Below the pieces are notes generated by a model, which did not search any database, had not been told where the DNA came from, and was given only the letters and a program-made list of their open reading frames with translations. Positions 19,853 to 29,203 of a stretch of 32,000 nucleotides of DNA are shown one piece after another. The position numbers were made by a program, and so were the translations under genes. Origin of the DNA: Candidatus Brocadia sp. (GTDB taxonomy: Bacteria; Planctomycetota; Brocadiia; Brocadiales; Brocadiaceae); contig CP091279.1 in assembly GCA_021650915.1 (NCBI GenBank), forward strand, positions 2,370,001-2,402,000. Reading direction: 5' to 3'. Position 1 is the stretch's first letter. Every line of letters begins with the position of its first letter.

Positions 19853-20093
19853 GAAATTTCGTAACAATTCAGTTTTTTGGAAAAATCCCGAAGGGATGAC
19901 ATGATTATAGAAAAAACGCACCACCATATTCAACCCCGTAGGGGTTCGCCATACTTGCATAACCATATGCTATAATCATGACATCCCTTCGGGATTATAG
20001 AATCAATATTTTGTTCACTCGTAGTGATTGCGAGCGAAAGTACGTTGAATAGGTACGAGAAATTTTCGAAAAGCTAAATTGTTACGAAATTTC
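19853..20093. repeat. 240-bp nested inverted-repeat element in the divergent intergenic region
   Basis: Outer IR: GAAATTTCGTAACAATT (19853-19869) with 20077-20093, 17/17. Inner IR: AATCCCGAAGGGATGACATGATTATAG (19884-19910) with 19970-19996, 26/27. Central hairpin: AACCCCGTAGGGGTT (19932-19946). Confidence 0.75.
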
Positions 20094-20139
20094 TTACTTC
20101 TTGCGGTTCTCACTTTTCTATGAAAGAGCGCGAATTTCT

Positions 20140-21081
20140 ATGAGCAATACGAAATGGCATACCTGTTTTTTATTTTCCGTGACGGCGTTCCTTTTCTGCA
20201 CTAACATGGGTTGTGGCAAAAAAGAAGCAGACACACAATCCGCAGGCCAGCACACTGCTGGTATTCAATTTACGGGAGACGCCCCTTCTGTCCACAAAAA
20301 AACGATGGCGGATGAAGAGATTGAAAAAAACAAAAAGCTTCTGGAGTTGAATCCAAACGACGCCGTTATCCATTACAACCTGGGTTTATTGTACGATGAA
20401 AAGGGCATGCTTGACGAATCGCTGGCCTCATATAAAAAGGCATCGGAACTCAACTCATCGATGGTTGAAGCCCTGGTAGGACAAGGTAATATTCTGAATA
20501 AGAAAGGGAAATCGGACGAAGCGATTGATCTCTTCAAAAAGGCCATCGAGAGTAATCCCCATTGCCCGGAGGCATATGAGGGTTTGGGCCTTGTGTATGT
20601 CCATAAGAAACAGGAAGAGGATGCAATCAAGTCGTTTAAGAGAGCGCTTGATATCAATCCCGGCCTGGTAAATTCGAGATACCATCTCGGTATCCTCTAT
20701 GCAAAAAAGGCGCAATTTAACGATGCGGTTGCAGAATGGACAAAGGCTATAGAAATCAATCCGCAAAAGACGGAGGTTCACTACAACCTTGGTATTGCCT
20801 ATACGAAGCTGGGGAAATTGGACGATGCCGTCTCCGTTTGGCAAAAGGCATTGGCTGTTCGCCCGGACATGGCAGACTTTCACTATGTGATAGGACTGGT
20901 ATATAAAGAAAAGGGAGACTTTGAAAAAGCCGAAGCGTCCCTGAAAAAGGCGCTTGAGGTGAATCCCAATATGGCAGAGGTGCACAAGGTGCTTGAGGAA
21001 TTGTATCGTTCCAAGGGGATGCTTGGTGATGCAGACCGTGAAGCGGAACTTTATAAAAGCCAATCCAGCCCGCATCATTAA
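20140..21081 (+). CDS. TPR-repeat protein, probable lipoprotein
   Basis: MSNTKWHTCFLFSVTAFLFCTNMGCGKKE signal-like N-terminus, then about seven TPR units. I prefer the ATG at 20140 to the listed TTG at 20101. Confidence 0.85.
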   Translation: MSNTKWHTCFLFSVTAFLFCTNMGCGKKEADTQSAGQHTAGIQFTGDAPSVHKKTMADEEIEKNKKLLELNPNDAVIHYNLGLLYDEKGMLDESLASYKKASELNSSMVEALVGQGNILNKKGKSDEAIDLFKKAIESNPHCPEAYEGLGLVYVHKKQEEDAIKSFKRALDINPGLVNSRYHLGILYAKKAQFNDAVAEWTKAIEINPQKTEVHYNLGIAYTKLGKLDDAVSVWQKALAVRPDMADFHYVIGLVYKEKGDFEKAEASLKKALEVNPNMAEVHKVLEELYRSKGMLGDADREAELYKSQSSPHH

Positions 21082-21287
21082 AGCAGATGGCTGATTTCGC
21101 ATTAGTCACAAACCATTCCGGTTATGGCTGGAGAAATTAACAGGTCTTTGACGACTTTTTATGACAAGGTTAACCCCCCCAGAATCCCCTCCCAGGAAGG
21201 GAATTCTTTCGTCCTCTCTTGAGAGGCAATTGGGGATGTGTAAGGCAGGAGCGGAAAGTTTGAAATTCCTATAGATAACAAAAAAAG

Positions 21288-22529
21288 ATGGCCGCAACCA
21301 CAGGAAATAAGTTCTTACGCGTCCTGCAGAAAAACACCAGAAAGGTCATTGGGCTCATGTCGGGGACGTCCGCAGACGGCATAGACGCATGCCTTGTGGA
21401 AATCTCCGGGAACGGCATTCACACAAAGACACATATCCTTGCCTTTGAAACCTATCCGTATGACGAGGGGACGCGGATTGCCATCTTTGAAGCCTGTAAT
21501 CTTGCCGCTGGGACTGTTGATAAGATTTGCCGGTTAAATTTTCACCTTGGGAAACTCTTTGCAGACGCTGCGAAATCCATTGCACGGAAGGCGCACGTTC
21601 CTATAGCGGACGTTGATCTTGTCGGTTCACATGGGCAGACAATTTGCCACTTGCCCGGGAATCAGGCCACACAAAAGACCTACATAGGAGAAAAAGAAGG
21701 GGGGGATTTCCTGAATCTTCCTTCGACGCTGCAAATTGGTGAACCTTCCGTCATTGCTCAGGAAACGGGCATTATTACGGTGGCGGACTTCCGCCCGCGA
21801 GATATGGCTGCCGGGGGGCAAGGTGCGCCACTCGTGCCGTATACCGATTTTATCCTTTTCCGAGATAAAGAAAAAGGACGCGTCCTGCAAAATATCGGTG
21901 GAATTGCGAACGTCACCTTCCTGCCCCGTAACTGTGCTGTGCATGAGGTTATTGCATTTGACACGGGTCCGGGAAATATGATGATCGATCGTGTTGCAGA
22001 GCTTATTACAAACAATGACCATCACTTCGATGAAGACGGTAAATTTGCTGCACAGGGAAAGGTGCATGACGGGCTTTTGTCCAGCCTCCTTGCGCATCCG
22101 TATCTATCCAGGCCGCCTCCAAAAAGCACAGGGCGGGAAGAGTTCGGAGTGCCTTTTACGGATAATCTTTACAAGGACGCCCTGCGTTCCGGTATCGAAG
22201 GCGCGGATATCCTGGCAACGGCAACTGCCTTTACGGCCCGCACCATTGCAGATAGTTATCGGCAGTGGATTTTACCAAAACATTGCGTATCAGAAATAAT
22301 TATTTCCGGCGGCGGAGCCCGGAATGCTACGCTGATGAAATTTCTCATTCAATACCTGCCGCCCTCCACAAAAATAGATTCCATCGATGTCTTTGGTATT
22401 GCATCAAATGCCAAAGAAGCCCTTGCCTTTGCCATCCTGGCCAACGAAACCATCTCCGGCAATCCCAATAATCTTCCCAGCGTTACCGGAGCAAGTGAAG
22501 CGGTTGTTTTGGGAAAGATCATACCATAA
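21288..22529 (+). CDS. anmK: Anhydro-N-acetylmuramic acid kinase
   Basis: GLMSGTSADGIDA N-terminal motif and full-length AnmK architecture (…GGIANVT…DTGPGNMMID…ISGGGARN…). Confidence 0.92.
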   Translation: MAATTGNKFLRVLQKNTRKVIGLMSGTSADGIDACLVEISGNGIHTKTHILAFETYPYDEGTRIAIFEACNLAAGTVDKICRLNFHLGKLFADAAKSIARKAHVPIADVDLVGSHGQTICHLPGNQATQKTYIGEKEGGDFLNLPSTLQIGEPSVIAQETGIITVADFRPRDMAAGGQGAPLVPYTDFILFRDKEKGRVLQNIGGIANVTFLPRNCAVHEVIAFDTGPGNMMIDRVAELITNNDHHFDEDGKFAAQGKVHDGLLSSLLAHPYLSRPPPKSTGREEFGVPFTDNLYKDALRSGIEGADILATATAFTARTIADSYRQWILPKHCVSEIIISGGGARNATLMKFLIQYLPPSTKIDSIDVFGIASNAKEALAFAILANETISGNPNNLPSVTGASEAVVLGKIIP

Positions 22530-22591
22530 GTTTTTTTGATAAATGCGTGGGATAGTAATCTTCATAATGATGATGGATGTGAGAATAATCA

Positions 22592-22855
22592 GGCAGAAGG
22601 TGGGCGGATGGAAAGAGACTCCACCAAATCCTTAAATACCTGTTCAGTCCGTGTCAACAGCAAATAATTTTCCCAAACGGTTTCTGGCGCGATGGCCTGC
22701 ATGTTGGAACGAAGCAAATAACGCCCCGCGCGCCGATACTCCTGCCTCAGGTCGGGGTACCAATCAGATAATCAATCCCTCGCTCACGCATCTTTTCCAA
22801 CATTTCCTCCGTTGGAATACCCCGATCCCTGAACCAAGTGCGCCGAAAGTTCCTT
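22592..22855 (-). pseudogene. Relic of a third, diverged IS1634-like transposase gene with an internal deletion
   Basis: The reverse complement encodes …FRRTWFRDRGIPTEEMLEKMRERGIDYLIGTP joined directly to …YRRAGRYLLRSNMQAIAPETVWENYLLLTR.EQVFKDL…. These match two separate segments of 27296-29128. The listed ORF 22651-22878 is its antisense shadow. Confidence 0.7.
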
Positions 22856-23096
22856 CTCATTTAATTAGTTATGAGTAGGGTGGATTAAGGCGTTGGTTTT
22901 TACGCCGAATCCACCAATACTATACTCCACAGGCTCACAATTTGTGATTTGTAGTAGTGTAGAGACATATTAATAACGAAACATATAAATGCTGTTTTGC
23001 AGTGCTATATTAATCGTCTCATAATAATATTAACATGCTGCAGCATACCTCGTTGTTTTATTATTGAAATAAGCACGCACTCTATCCTGTATTTGT

Positions 23097-24802
23097 GTAA
23101 CTATTCAGCGAAAATATTTTAGAATTTAGTTGACAGTCAACATGAGAAAAGGGGGCAGTAGAATTGGTTGGTAGAATAAATGGCTGTGGAGGATGCCACT
23201 GTAGCCCATCGGAGGTTTTTGCAAAGAGAGGTGTGGGGTATGTTCGGCCAGAGAATTACAGAGTTTTGTAGGGCGGTAGAGGGTGAAAAAGCCTGTGGTA
23301 TAATAGCCGCAGGAGATGATTTCAGGCTATTAATACCGGTGCCATCCATTGACGATAGAGAATATAGATATAGATGCAACGCTGCGGAAAGTAGAAAAGC
23401 TGCTTTCAGAGGAAAAAGGTCTGTCACCTGCCATAAGGTCAATGATAGAGTTGTTGGTGTTAGTGATAACGCTGCTGGTAGGACGTCTGAACCGGAACAG
23501 TCGCAACAGTAGTAAGCCGCCCGCAAGCGATCCGAATCGCACGAGAAAGAGCAGGGCGAAAGGAGAGAGGAAGGCAGGTGGGCAAGAGGGTCATGATGGA
23601 GTAACGCTGAAAAAGGTAGCCAATCCTGATAAGGTGGAAGTAATAAAAGTAGACCGGAGGAAGTATCCGAGCGGCAAATACAGGTTGATCGGTTATGAGT
23701 CGCGTCAGGTGTTTGATATGAAGATTTCAAGGGTGGTAACGGAGTATCGGGCAGAGATAGTTGAGGATGCGGAGGGAAGTAGGTTTGTAGCGTCATTTCC
23801 GGAAGGGGTGACAAAGGCAGTGCAGTATGGGCCGGATTTGAAAGCGCACGCAGTATATATGTCACAGTATCAATTGATACCCTATAAGAGGATCCAGGAG
23901 TATTTTGAGGAGCAGATGGGGATACCGCTGAGCGAAGGCTCTCTTTACAACTTTAACAAGGATGCCTACGAATCTCTGGAAGCCTTCGAGAGGAAAACCA
24001 AGGAAGAACTTGTCAAATCAGAGGTATTGCAGGCAGATGAAACGAGCATCAACAAGAACGGAGACAGGTATTGGCTGCATAGTGCATCCAATAGTTTGTG
24101 GACACACTTTTTCCCTCACGAAAGACGTGGGACGGAAGCGATGGATAGTATCGGGATACTGCCCCAGTTTCGGGGGATTCTTTGTCACGACCATTTGAAG
24201 GCGTATTACACCTACACCCGCTGTACACATGCGCTCTGTAATGCACACCACCTGAGGGAATTGGAGGGGGTGTGGGAAGAGGATAAGAAGCAACCGTGGG
24301 CGAAAGAGATGAAAGCCCTGCTCGAAGAGATAAACCGTGCGGTAAAGGATGCGGGGGGTTTGTTGGAAAACGGCGAGTCTGAGAAATACCGGCAAAGGTA
24401 CCGGGGGATATTACAAAACGCAGAAGCTGAAAGCCCGCCCCCTGATGAAACGAACCGTAAGGGGAAAAGAGGGCGGGTAAAAAGGACAAAAGCACGGAAT
24501 CTCCTGGAACGATTACGGGAGTATGAGGGTGATGTGCTCAGATTTATGGACAATAAAAACGTCCCCTTCACGAATAACCTGGCCGAAAACGATATCAGGA
24601 TGACGAAGGTTCAGCAGAAGATATCGGGCTGTTTTCGTTCTCTGGACGGAGCGAAGATCTTCTGCCTCATCCGTAGTTATCTCTCGACTTGTCGAAAACA
24701 AGGGGTAAATTTAAGTCAGGCATTACGGATGGTATTTCGCGGCAAATTGCCTGATTTTGCCAGCTCGTAACGATAGGGGGCGATATTACGCTGAATAGTT
24801 AC
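23097..24802 (+). mobile_element. IS66-family insertion sequence (1706 bp)
   Basis: A 14-bp perfect IR: GTAACTATTCAGCG (23097-23110) with CGCTGAATAGTTAC (24789-24802). The 8-bp flanks GTATTTGT (23089-23096) and GTATTTTT (24803-24810) match at 7/8, which fits the 8-bp TSD of IS66. Confidence 0.85.
23349..24770 (+). CDS. IS66-family transposase, 473 aa, apparently intact
   Basis: N-terminal coiled-coil, then SKPPASDP, then the core LQADETSI…, CNAHHLREL, FTNNLAENDIRMTKVQQKISGCFRS. All are typical IS66 TnpC motifs. No accessory tnpA/tnpB ORFs are visible. Confidence 0.9.
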   Translation: MTIENIDIDATLRKVEKLLSEEKGLSPAIRSMIELLVLVITLLVGRLNRNSRNSSKPPASDPNRTRKSRAKGERKAGGQEGHDGVTLKKVANPDKVEVIKVDRRKYPSGKYRLIGYESRQVFDMKISRVVTEYRAEIVEDAEGSRFVASFPEGVTKAVQYGPDLKAHAVYMSQYQLIPYKRIQEYFEEQMGIPLSEGSLYNFNKDAYESLEAFERKTKEELVKSEVLQADETSINKNGDRYWLHSASNSLWTHFFPHERRGTEAMDSIGILPQFRGILCHDHLKAYYTYTRCTHALCNAHHLRELEGVWEEDKKQPWAKEMKALLEEINRAVKDAGGLLENGESEKYRQRYRGILQNAEAESPPPDETNRKGKRGRVKRTKARNLLERLREYEGDVLRFMDNKNVPFTNNLAENDIRMTKVQQKISGCFRSLDGAKIFCLIRSYLSTCRKQGVNLSQALRMVFRGKLPDFASS

Positions 24803-25014
24803 GTATTTTTTGGATAAACCGCAAATGCTTTATTACTGCCCTCTGTAATTGCTTTGGATCGGTAATAATTTGTCGACCAATTGCATTATTCTTAACATCA
24901 TTCCAAACGCACTCATCAGGATTCAACTCCGGTGAATACGGCGGCAAAAAGAATAACCGAAAGCGTTCCTTTATAGTATTACCCAGTAAAAACTTCTTTT
25001 TTTGTAAGTTTTTT

Positions 25015-26391
25015 TTAAGCAACATATTTCATTGTTGTAGGGAGATGCTTCTTTTTCATTTCAAGAGATGCGCCCAAAATACGATATCCTTTTTCAGTAA
25101 CTTTATACCTCGTCGAACGGGGTATTTTCGATATAAGCCCGTGAGCCCTGAGCTTTCTTATTATCCTCGTTATTTTTGAGCCCGTCTTTTTCTTCTCTTC
25201 CGGCGACCTGGTATTATCACCAAACAATTGGCTCCTCAAATCTTTATTTCTAAAACCATTTATACTATGAGCGCCGTCTAAAACGGCTTCAAATACTCTG
25301 GTTATTTCAGGGGATAATGGATTAAATCCGGAATGACGGCTCTGTCCATCACGGACAGGTTGAGCAAGTTGCTCCAGTTCTTTTACACAATCGTGCAGGG
25401 GTACAACTGCTGACAATGCACCCAAATATCGCCCATTGGCGCTTTTCGATACCTCAGCATAACGGTAAAGATGAAACACACTCTTACCCATAGGCACCCA
25501 TCTCATCACTTTTTCACCACAACGCTCTACCTCACGGTATATCTTAAACTCACGCGGGTTATTCATGGTTGTTTCCACCCGTAACACACTCCACTTGTCA
25601 TACATCTTCAGGGAATTCTTCTTCATGCGGCGCTTGATGCGAACCCCTTGCGGTCTTTTCTTCGTATCCGTTATAATCTCGCCTCGAAAATTACCCGTGA
25701 GTTTTCTCCCCAAAAAGGTCATCACGTCTGAGGCATTGAAGTTCACTAAGGCATGCTCTACCAGTTCCGGATAGATTTCTCGCAAACTTTGCCGATCTTT
25801 GAACATTACATCGGTTGCATACTCCCCTTGATCCAGCACCCAATAATATCCCTTAGAAAATACCTTTTTTATCCGGGGTAAAACGGGATTTATCTGCCGG
25901 CAAAGCGCGTCAAATGCCTTCACAAAATCGACATCAACAAACCGTTCCGCTATCTCCTGCGCCACCTTTACATCATCAACCTGAATAATACTATTGTCGT
26001 GTCTCTGATAACCAATGCCCTTCCTATCCAGCCGTTTACACAACCATTCACGTCCGTTGATATAAATTTGTATCTGAAAGGGAAACCACGTCTGAATCCG
26101 TACTTGCATGAAACCAAACTCCTTGTGTTGGTAATAAAAATACAGAAACAAACATCGGCGCTCCCGAATTACCACCTCTCATTTCCCTGTCTCTCTATTA
26201 CCCCGGGTATCAAACGATACACACCGCTCTACCATCGTTATGACACAAATAAGCCCTTCTTTTATTCCCTCTTCTTTTTGTACTTTCCGCGCAATGTCCT
26301 CCTTGCTGATTCTGCTTGAATCCAGCGGTATTAACGGACGTCCCTCTTTGTCCGACAACTCTCTCGCTTTATCCTTAATTTCACCTGACAC
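25015..26391 (-). pseudogene. Conserved protein of unknown function with a C-terminal winged-helix-like segment, interrupted by an in-frame TGA and probably 5'-truncated
   Basis: ORFs 26179-26391 and 25015-26175 are in the same frame, separated only by TGA (26179-26181) plus one codon: …RGNRETGK*EVVIRERRCLFLYFYYQHKEFGFMQVRIQTWFPFQIQIYINGREW…. The C-terminus reads ITRIIRKLRAHGLISKIPRSTRYKVTEKGYRIL. Both listed starts are GTG. Confidence 0.6.
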
Positions 26392-27196
26392 TTTCTTCGC
26401 TTACTTACCAAAATCCTTAAACAACACCTTCTCCTGAAATAAATAATGATGCCTGTTGCCTTTTAGGGTTCTTCTCCCAATTAGTTTGCAAAAGCTTGTA
26501 TAATTTTTAATGAAAAGTACCGTTCGTCATGAAATCCATAAGCTTTTCTTTTGATAACTTTGATCTTATTATTAACCCCTTCGAGTTTACTGGTATGAAT
26601 TTTATAGTCGCAGTGATTCAAGATTCCGTAGCGGTATTTTGTAAGCATATTTGCAAACTTATTCACGACGGAATAGTTGAGCGTTTTCGCTAAGAGGCTC
26701 CATTCATCAATGGCTTTTCTCGCCCACGTCCGTGAGGTATAGGTCCAAATATGTTTGAGCTTATCTTTAAGAATCAGAATGGTATTTATGGTTTCATTAA
26801 GCGACAAGAGCTGTTTGAGATGTTCTCGGTGTTTTTTCCTGCGAATATTTCGTTTATTTTTTAACAAAAGATATTTTGAACCCTTGATGACGTCCTTATC
26901 CTTCTTCGATGCTTTTTGATATTCAGCATTTCTCACCTTGTCAATAACTTTACCAAAACTTGAAACCACATGAAACAGGTCAAAGACTATCTTAACATGA
27001 GGCACGTGCTTTTTTACTGCATGAATATAAGGATCCCACATATCCATGGCAATGGCCTCAAGCGCCTGCCTTTGTTCCTCTGTCATACCCGCAAAGAAGG
27101 TTCCCGGCGTTTCTTTTGTTCTTTCCTTTCCCACCCAGACTACGCGGCCACTCAGATAGTCCAGAACAACGGTCAAATAGCGCTGTCCCTTCTTAA

Positions 27197-29203
27197 CCCG
27201 ACTTTCGCAATTCGCGCCCAAAAAAGTTTATTTTTGGGCAAGAATCGCTAGGAAACCCGTGATATTCAAGGGGTGAATTTTCAAAATGGCTTGTAGTGCC
27301 GACCTACCCTCTTGACGCATGCAGGAGGAAGTGCGAAAATGCTCGCATGTTTCTCCGGGAAAAGACACGAACGAAGGATGGGAAAACCCACCGGTATTGG
27401 AGTGTGGTGGAGAACCGCCGGGTTACCGGAAGAAGGGTGGTGCAACGGCAGGTTCTCTATTTGGGAGAACTCAATGACAATCAACGGGCTGGGTGGGTTC
27501 GGACGATAGAGGCGGTGTCGGGTAAAGAACCGAAACCAAGACAACTGGCATTGTTTCCGGATGACCGGGAAGCCATGCCGATACCGGATGGTGAGACCGT
27601 TCAGGTGAGATTGGACAAAATAGAGTTGCGCCATCCACGGGAGTGGGGAGCAAGCTGGTTGGGATTGCATGTATGGGATATGCTGGAACTGGACACATTC
27701 TGGAGGATGCGTCTGCCGTCAAGCCGGAAGGGAACAAGCTGGCTGAATATCCTGAAGGCGCTTGTCTGTTACCGGTTGACCGATCCGGGAAGCGAATTTC
27801 GTTTTCACCGTGAGTGGTACGTGCGGAGCGCAATAGGTGATCTGCTGGGAGAGGATTATTCCCTGGCGCAGAAGGACAAGGCGTATCGTTGTTTGGATTT
27901 GTTGCTTGAGCATCGGGACGAGTTGTTTGCCTATTTAAAGGAGAAGTGGGGAAAACTCTTTGGGGCGAAGTACGATGTGCTGCTGTATGATTTGACGAGT
28001 ACGTATTTTGAGAGTGAACCGCCACCGGCTGGATCGGGGAGTAAGAAACGGTTTGGATATAGCCGGGACAAACGTTCGGATTGCGTGCAGGTGGTAGTGG
28101 CGTTGGTGTTGACGCCGGAAGGATTTCCCGTTGCCTACGAAGTGTATCCGGGCAATACCAGAGACACCGCAACGCTGGAGGAATTTCTGGATCGGATTGA
28201 AAAGCAGTATGGGAAATTCCGGCGCACCTGGCTTATGGATCGCGGTATTCCAACGGAGGAGATGTTGGAAAAGATGCGTGAGCGCGGGATTGATTATTTG
28301 GTTGGGACTCCGAAGGGGCATTTGACGAGAGTAGAAAAACCGCTACTCGAACAAACCTGGATGCGGGCGAGGGAGAGCGTCCGCGTGAAAGTTCTTCGGC
28401 AGGAATCGGAGTTTTACGTTTACGTGGAAAGCCATGACCGGGTGTCTAAGGAGCGTGCCATGCGTAGGCGCAGACTCAGACGTTTGTGGATGGGTCTGCG
28501 CGAACTTCGCAATCGAAAAGCCCTCACGCGCGATGACCTGCTCATGCATATTGGCGCGTTAAAGAAAGAAGCCGGACGAGACTACAGACTGGTCACGATC
28601 TCCATTCCCAAACCGCAGGAACCGGTCAATGAGAATACGTTCCGGTTCAGTTTGGATCGGGAACGCCTGAGGCAGGCGTATCGGCGCGAGGGGCGTTATT
28701 TGCTTCGTTCCAACATGCAGGCCACCGCGCCAGAAACCGTCTGGGAAAATTATTTGCTGTTGACACGGATAGAACAGGCATTTAAGGACTTGAAGGGGTC
28801 TCTTTCCGTCCGCCCCCTATGGCATCAATTGGAACGGAGAATGGAAGCCCATATCTTTGTTTCCTTTTTGGCTTTTTGTCTCCACACGACACTGCGCAAT
28901 CTTGCGCGGGGGAGAGCCGGCGGGCTGACGTCTGAAGCGATTTTGGAAAAACTGTCGGGCATTCAAATGATAGACGTTCATTTACCGACCACGGATGGCC
29001 GTCATATTGTCATGAGCCGTTATACCCAGCCGGAGAAGGATGTTGCCCTCCTTTTGGCGCAGTTGGGATTGGCGCTTCCTGAACAACCGCCGCCCAAGGT
29101 TTACGCATCCGGACAGGTCGGCCTGTAGTGCCGACCTTTTTACATGACCCCTTGATTTTCCTGGCTTAGCGGGTTGCATACCCCTCGAATTGCGAAAGTC
29201 GGG
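27197..29203 (+). mobile_element. IS1634-like insertion sequence, full-length copy (2007 bp)
   Basis: An 18-bp perfect IR: CCCGACTTTCGCAATTCG (27197-27214) with CGAATTGCGAAAGTCGGG (29186-29203). The 4-bp TSD TTAA (27193-27196, 29204-29207) is confirmed against the uninterrupted site in ISL3 copy 1 (…GTTAAGAAGG…). A direct subterminal repeat TGTAGTGCCGACCT occurs at 27292-27305 and 29124-29137. Confidence 0.9.
27347..29128 (+). CDS. IS1634-family (IS4-related) DDE transposase, ~593 aa, intact
   Basis: MFLREKTRTKDGKTHRYWSVVENRRV…QRQVLYLGEL N-terminus, characteristic of IS1634-family transposases. I prefer the ATG at 27347, because the listed start at 27296 lies in the terminal region. Confidence 0.85.
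   Translation: MFLREKTRTKDGKTHRYWSVVENRRVTGRRVVQRQVLYLGELNDNQRAGWVRTIEAVSGKEPKPRQLALFPDDREAMPIPDGETVQVRLDKIELRHPREWGASWLGLHVWDMLELDTFWRMRLPSSRKGTSWLNILKALVCYRLTDPGSEFRFHREWYVRSAIGDLLGEDYSLAQKDKAYRCLDLLLEHRDELFAYLKEKWGKLFGAKYDVLLYDLTSTYFESEPPPAGSGSKKRFGYSRDKRSDCVQVVVALVLTPEGFPVAYEVYPGNTRDTATLEEFLDRIEKQYGKFRRTWLMDRGIPTEEMLEKMRERGIDYLVGTPKGHLTRVEKPLLEQTWMRARESVRVKVLRQESEFYVYVESHDRVSKERAMRRRRLRRLWMGLRELRNRKALTRDDLLMHIGALKKEAGRDYRLVTISIPKPQEPVNENTFRFSLDRERLRQAYRREGRYLLRSNMQATAPETVWENYLLLTRIEQAFKDLKGSLSVRPLWHQLERRMEAHIFVSFLAFCLHTTLRNLARGRAGGLTSEAILEKLSGIQMIDVHLPTTDGRHIVMSRYTQPEKDVALLLAQLGLALPEQPPPKVYASGQVGL

Larger units (their letters stand above)
23010..25025 (-). mobile_element. IS630-family element remnant: one terminus plus the transposase C-terminus, split by IS66 and truncated at its 5' side
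   Basis: Terminus TTAATCGTCTCATAATA at 23010-23026, preceded by TA (23008-23009). The fragment carries the DDE_3 motif FFLPPYSPELNPDECVW. Removing IS66 continues the ORF as …HLRFIQKIQDRVRAYFNNKTTRYAAAC*, with the stop at 23030-23032. Confidence 0.65.

Noticed and set aside
22865-22880. AGTTATGAGTAGGG resembles the MITE end ATTATGAGACCC
   Set aside because: There are several mismatches, no TTAA terminus, no TA flank and no partner repeat. It is not a credible element end.
23137-23865. 242-aa Pro/Ser/Leu-rich ORF on the minus strand
   Set aside because: It lies entirely antisense to the IS66 transposase and its upstream region. It has low-complexity composition and no start context. It is a shadow ORF.
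26179-26181. The in-frame TGA read as selenocysteine or programmed read-through
   Set aside because: I see no obvious hairpin just downstream resembling a bacterial SECIS. The position is not a recognisable redox motif. The gene also looks 5'-truncated and sits in an IS graveyard. A nonsense mutation is the simpler explanation, though I cannot exclude recoding without a search.
27296-27346. The listed transposase start MPTYPLDAC… (also 14744 in the other copy)
   Set aside because: This extension lies in the subterminal region of the IS. In copy 1 it stays open only by reading the true N-terminus out of frame. MFLREKTRTKDGK at 27347 is the family-typical start.
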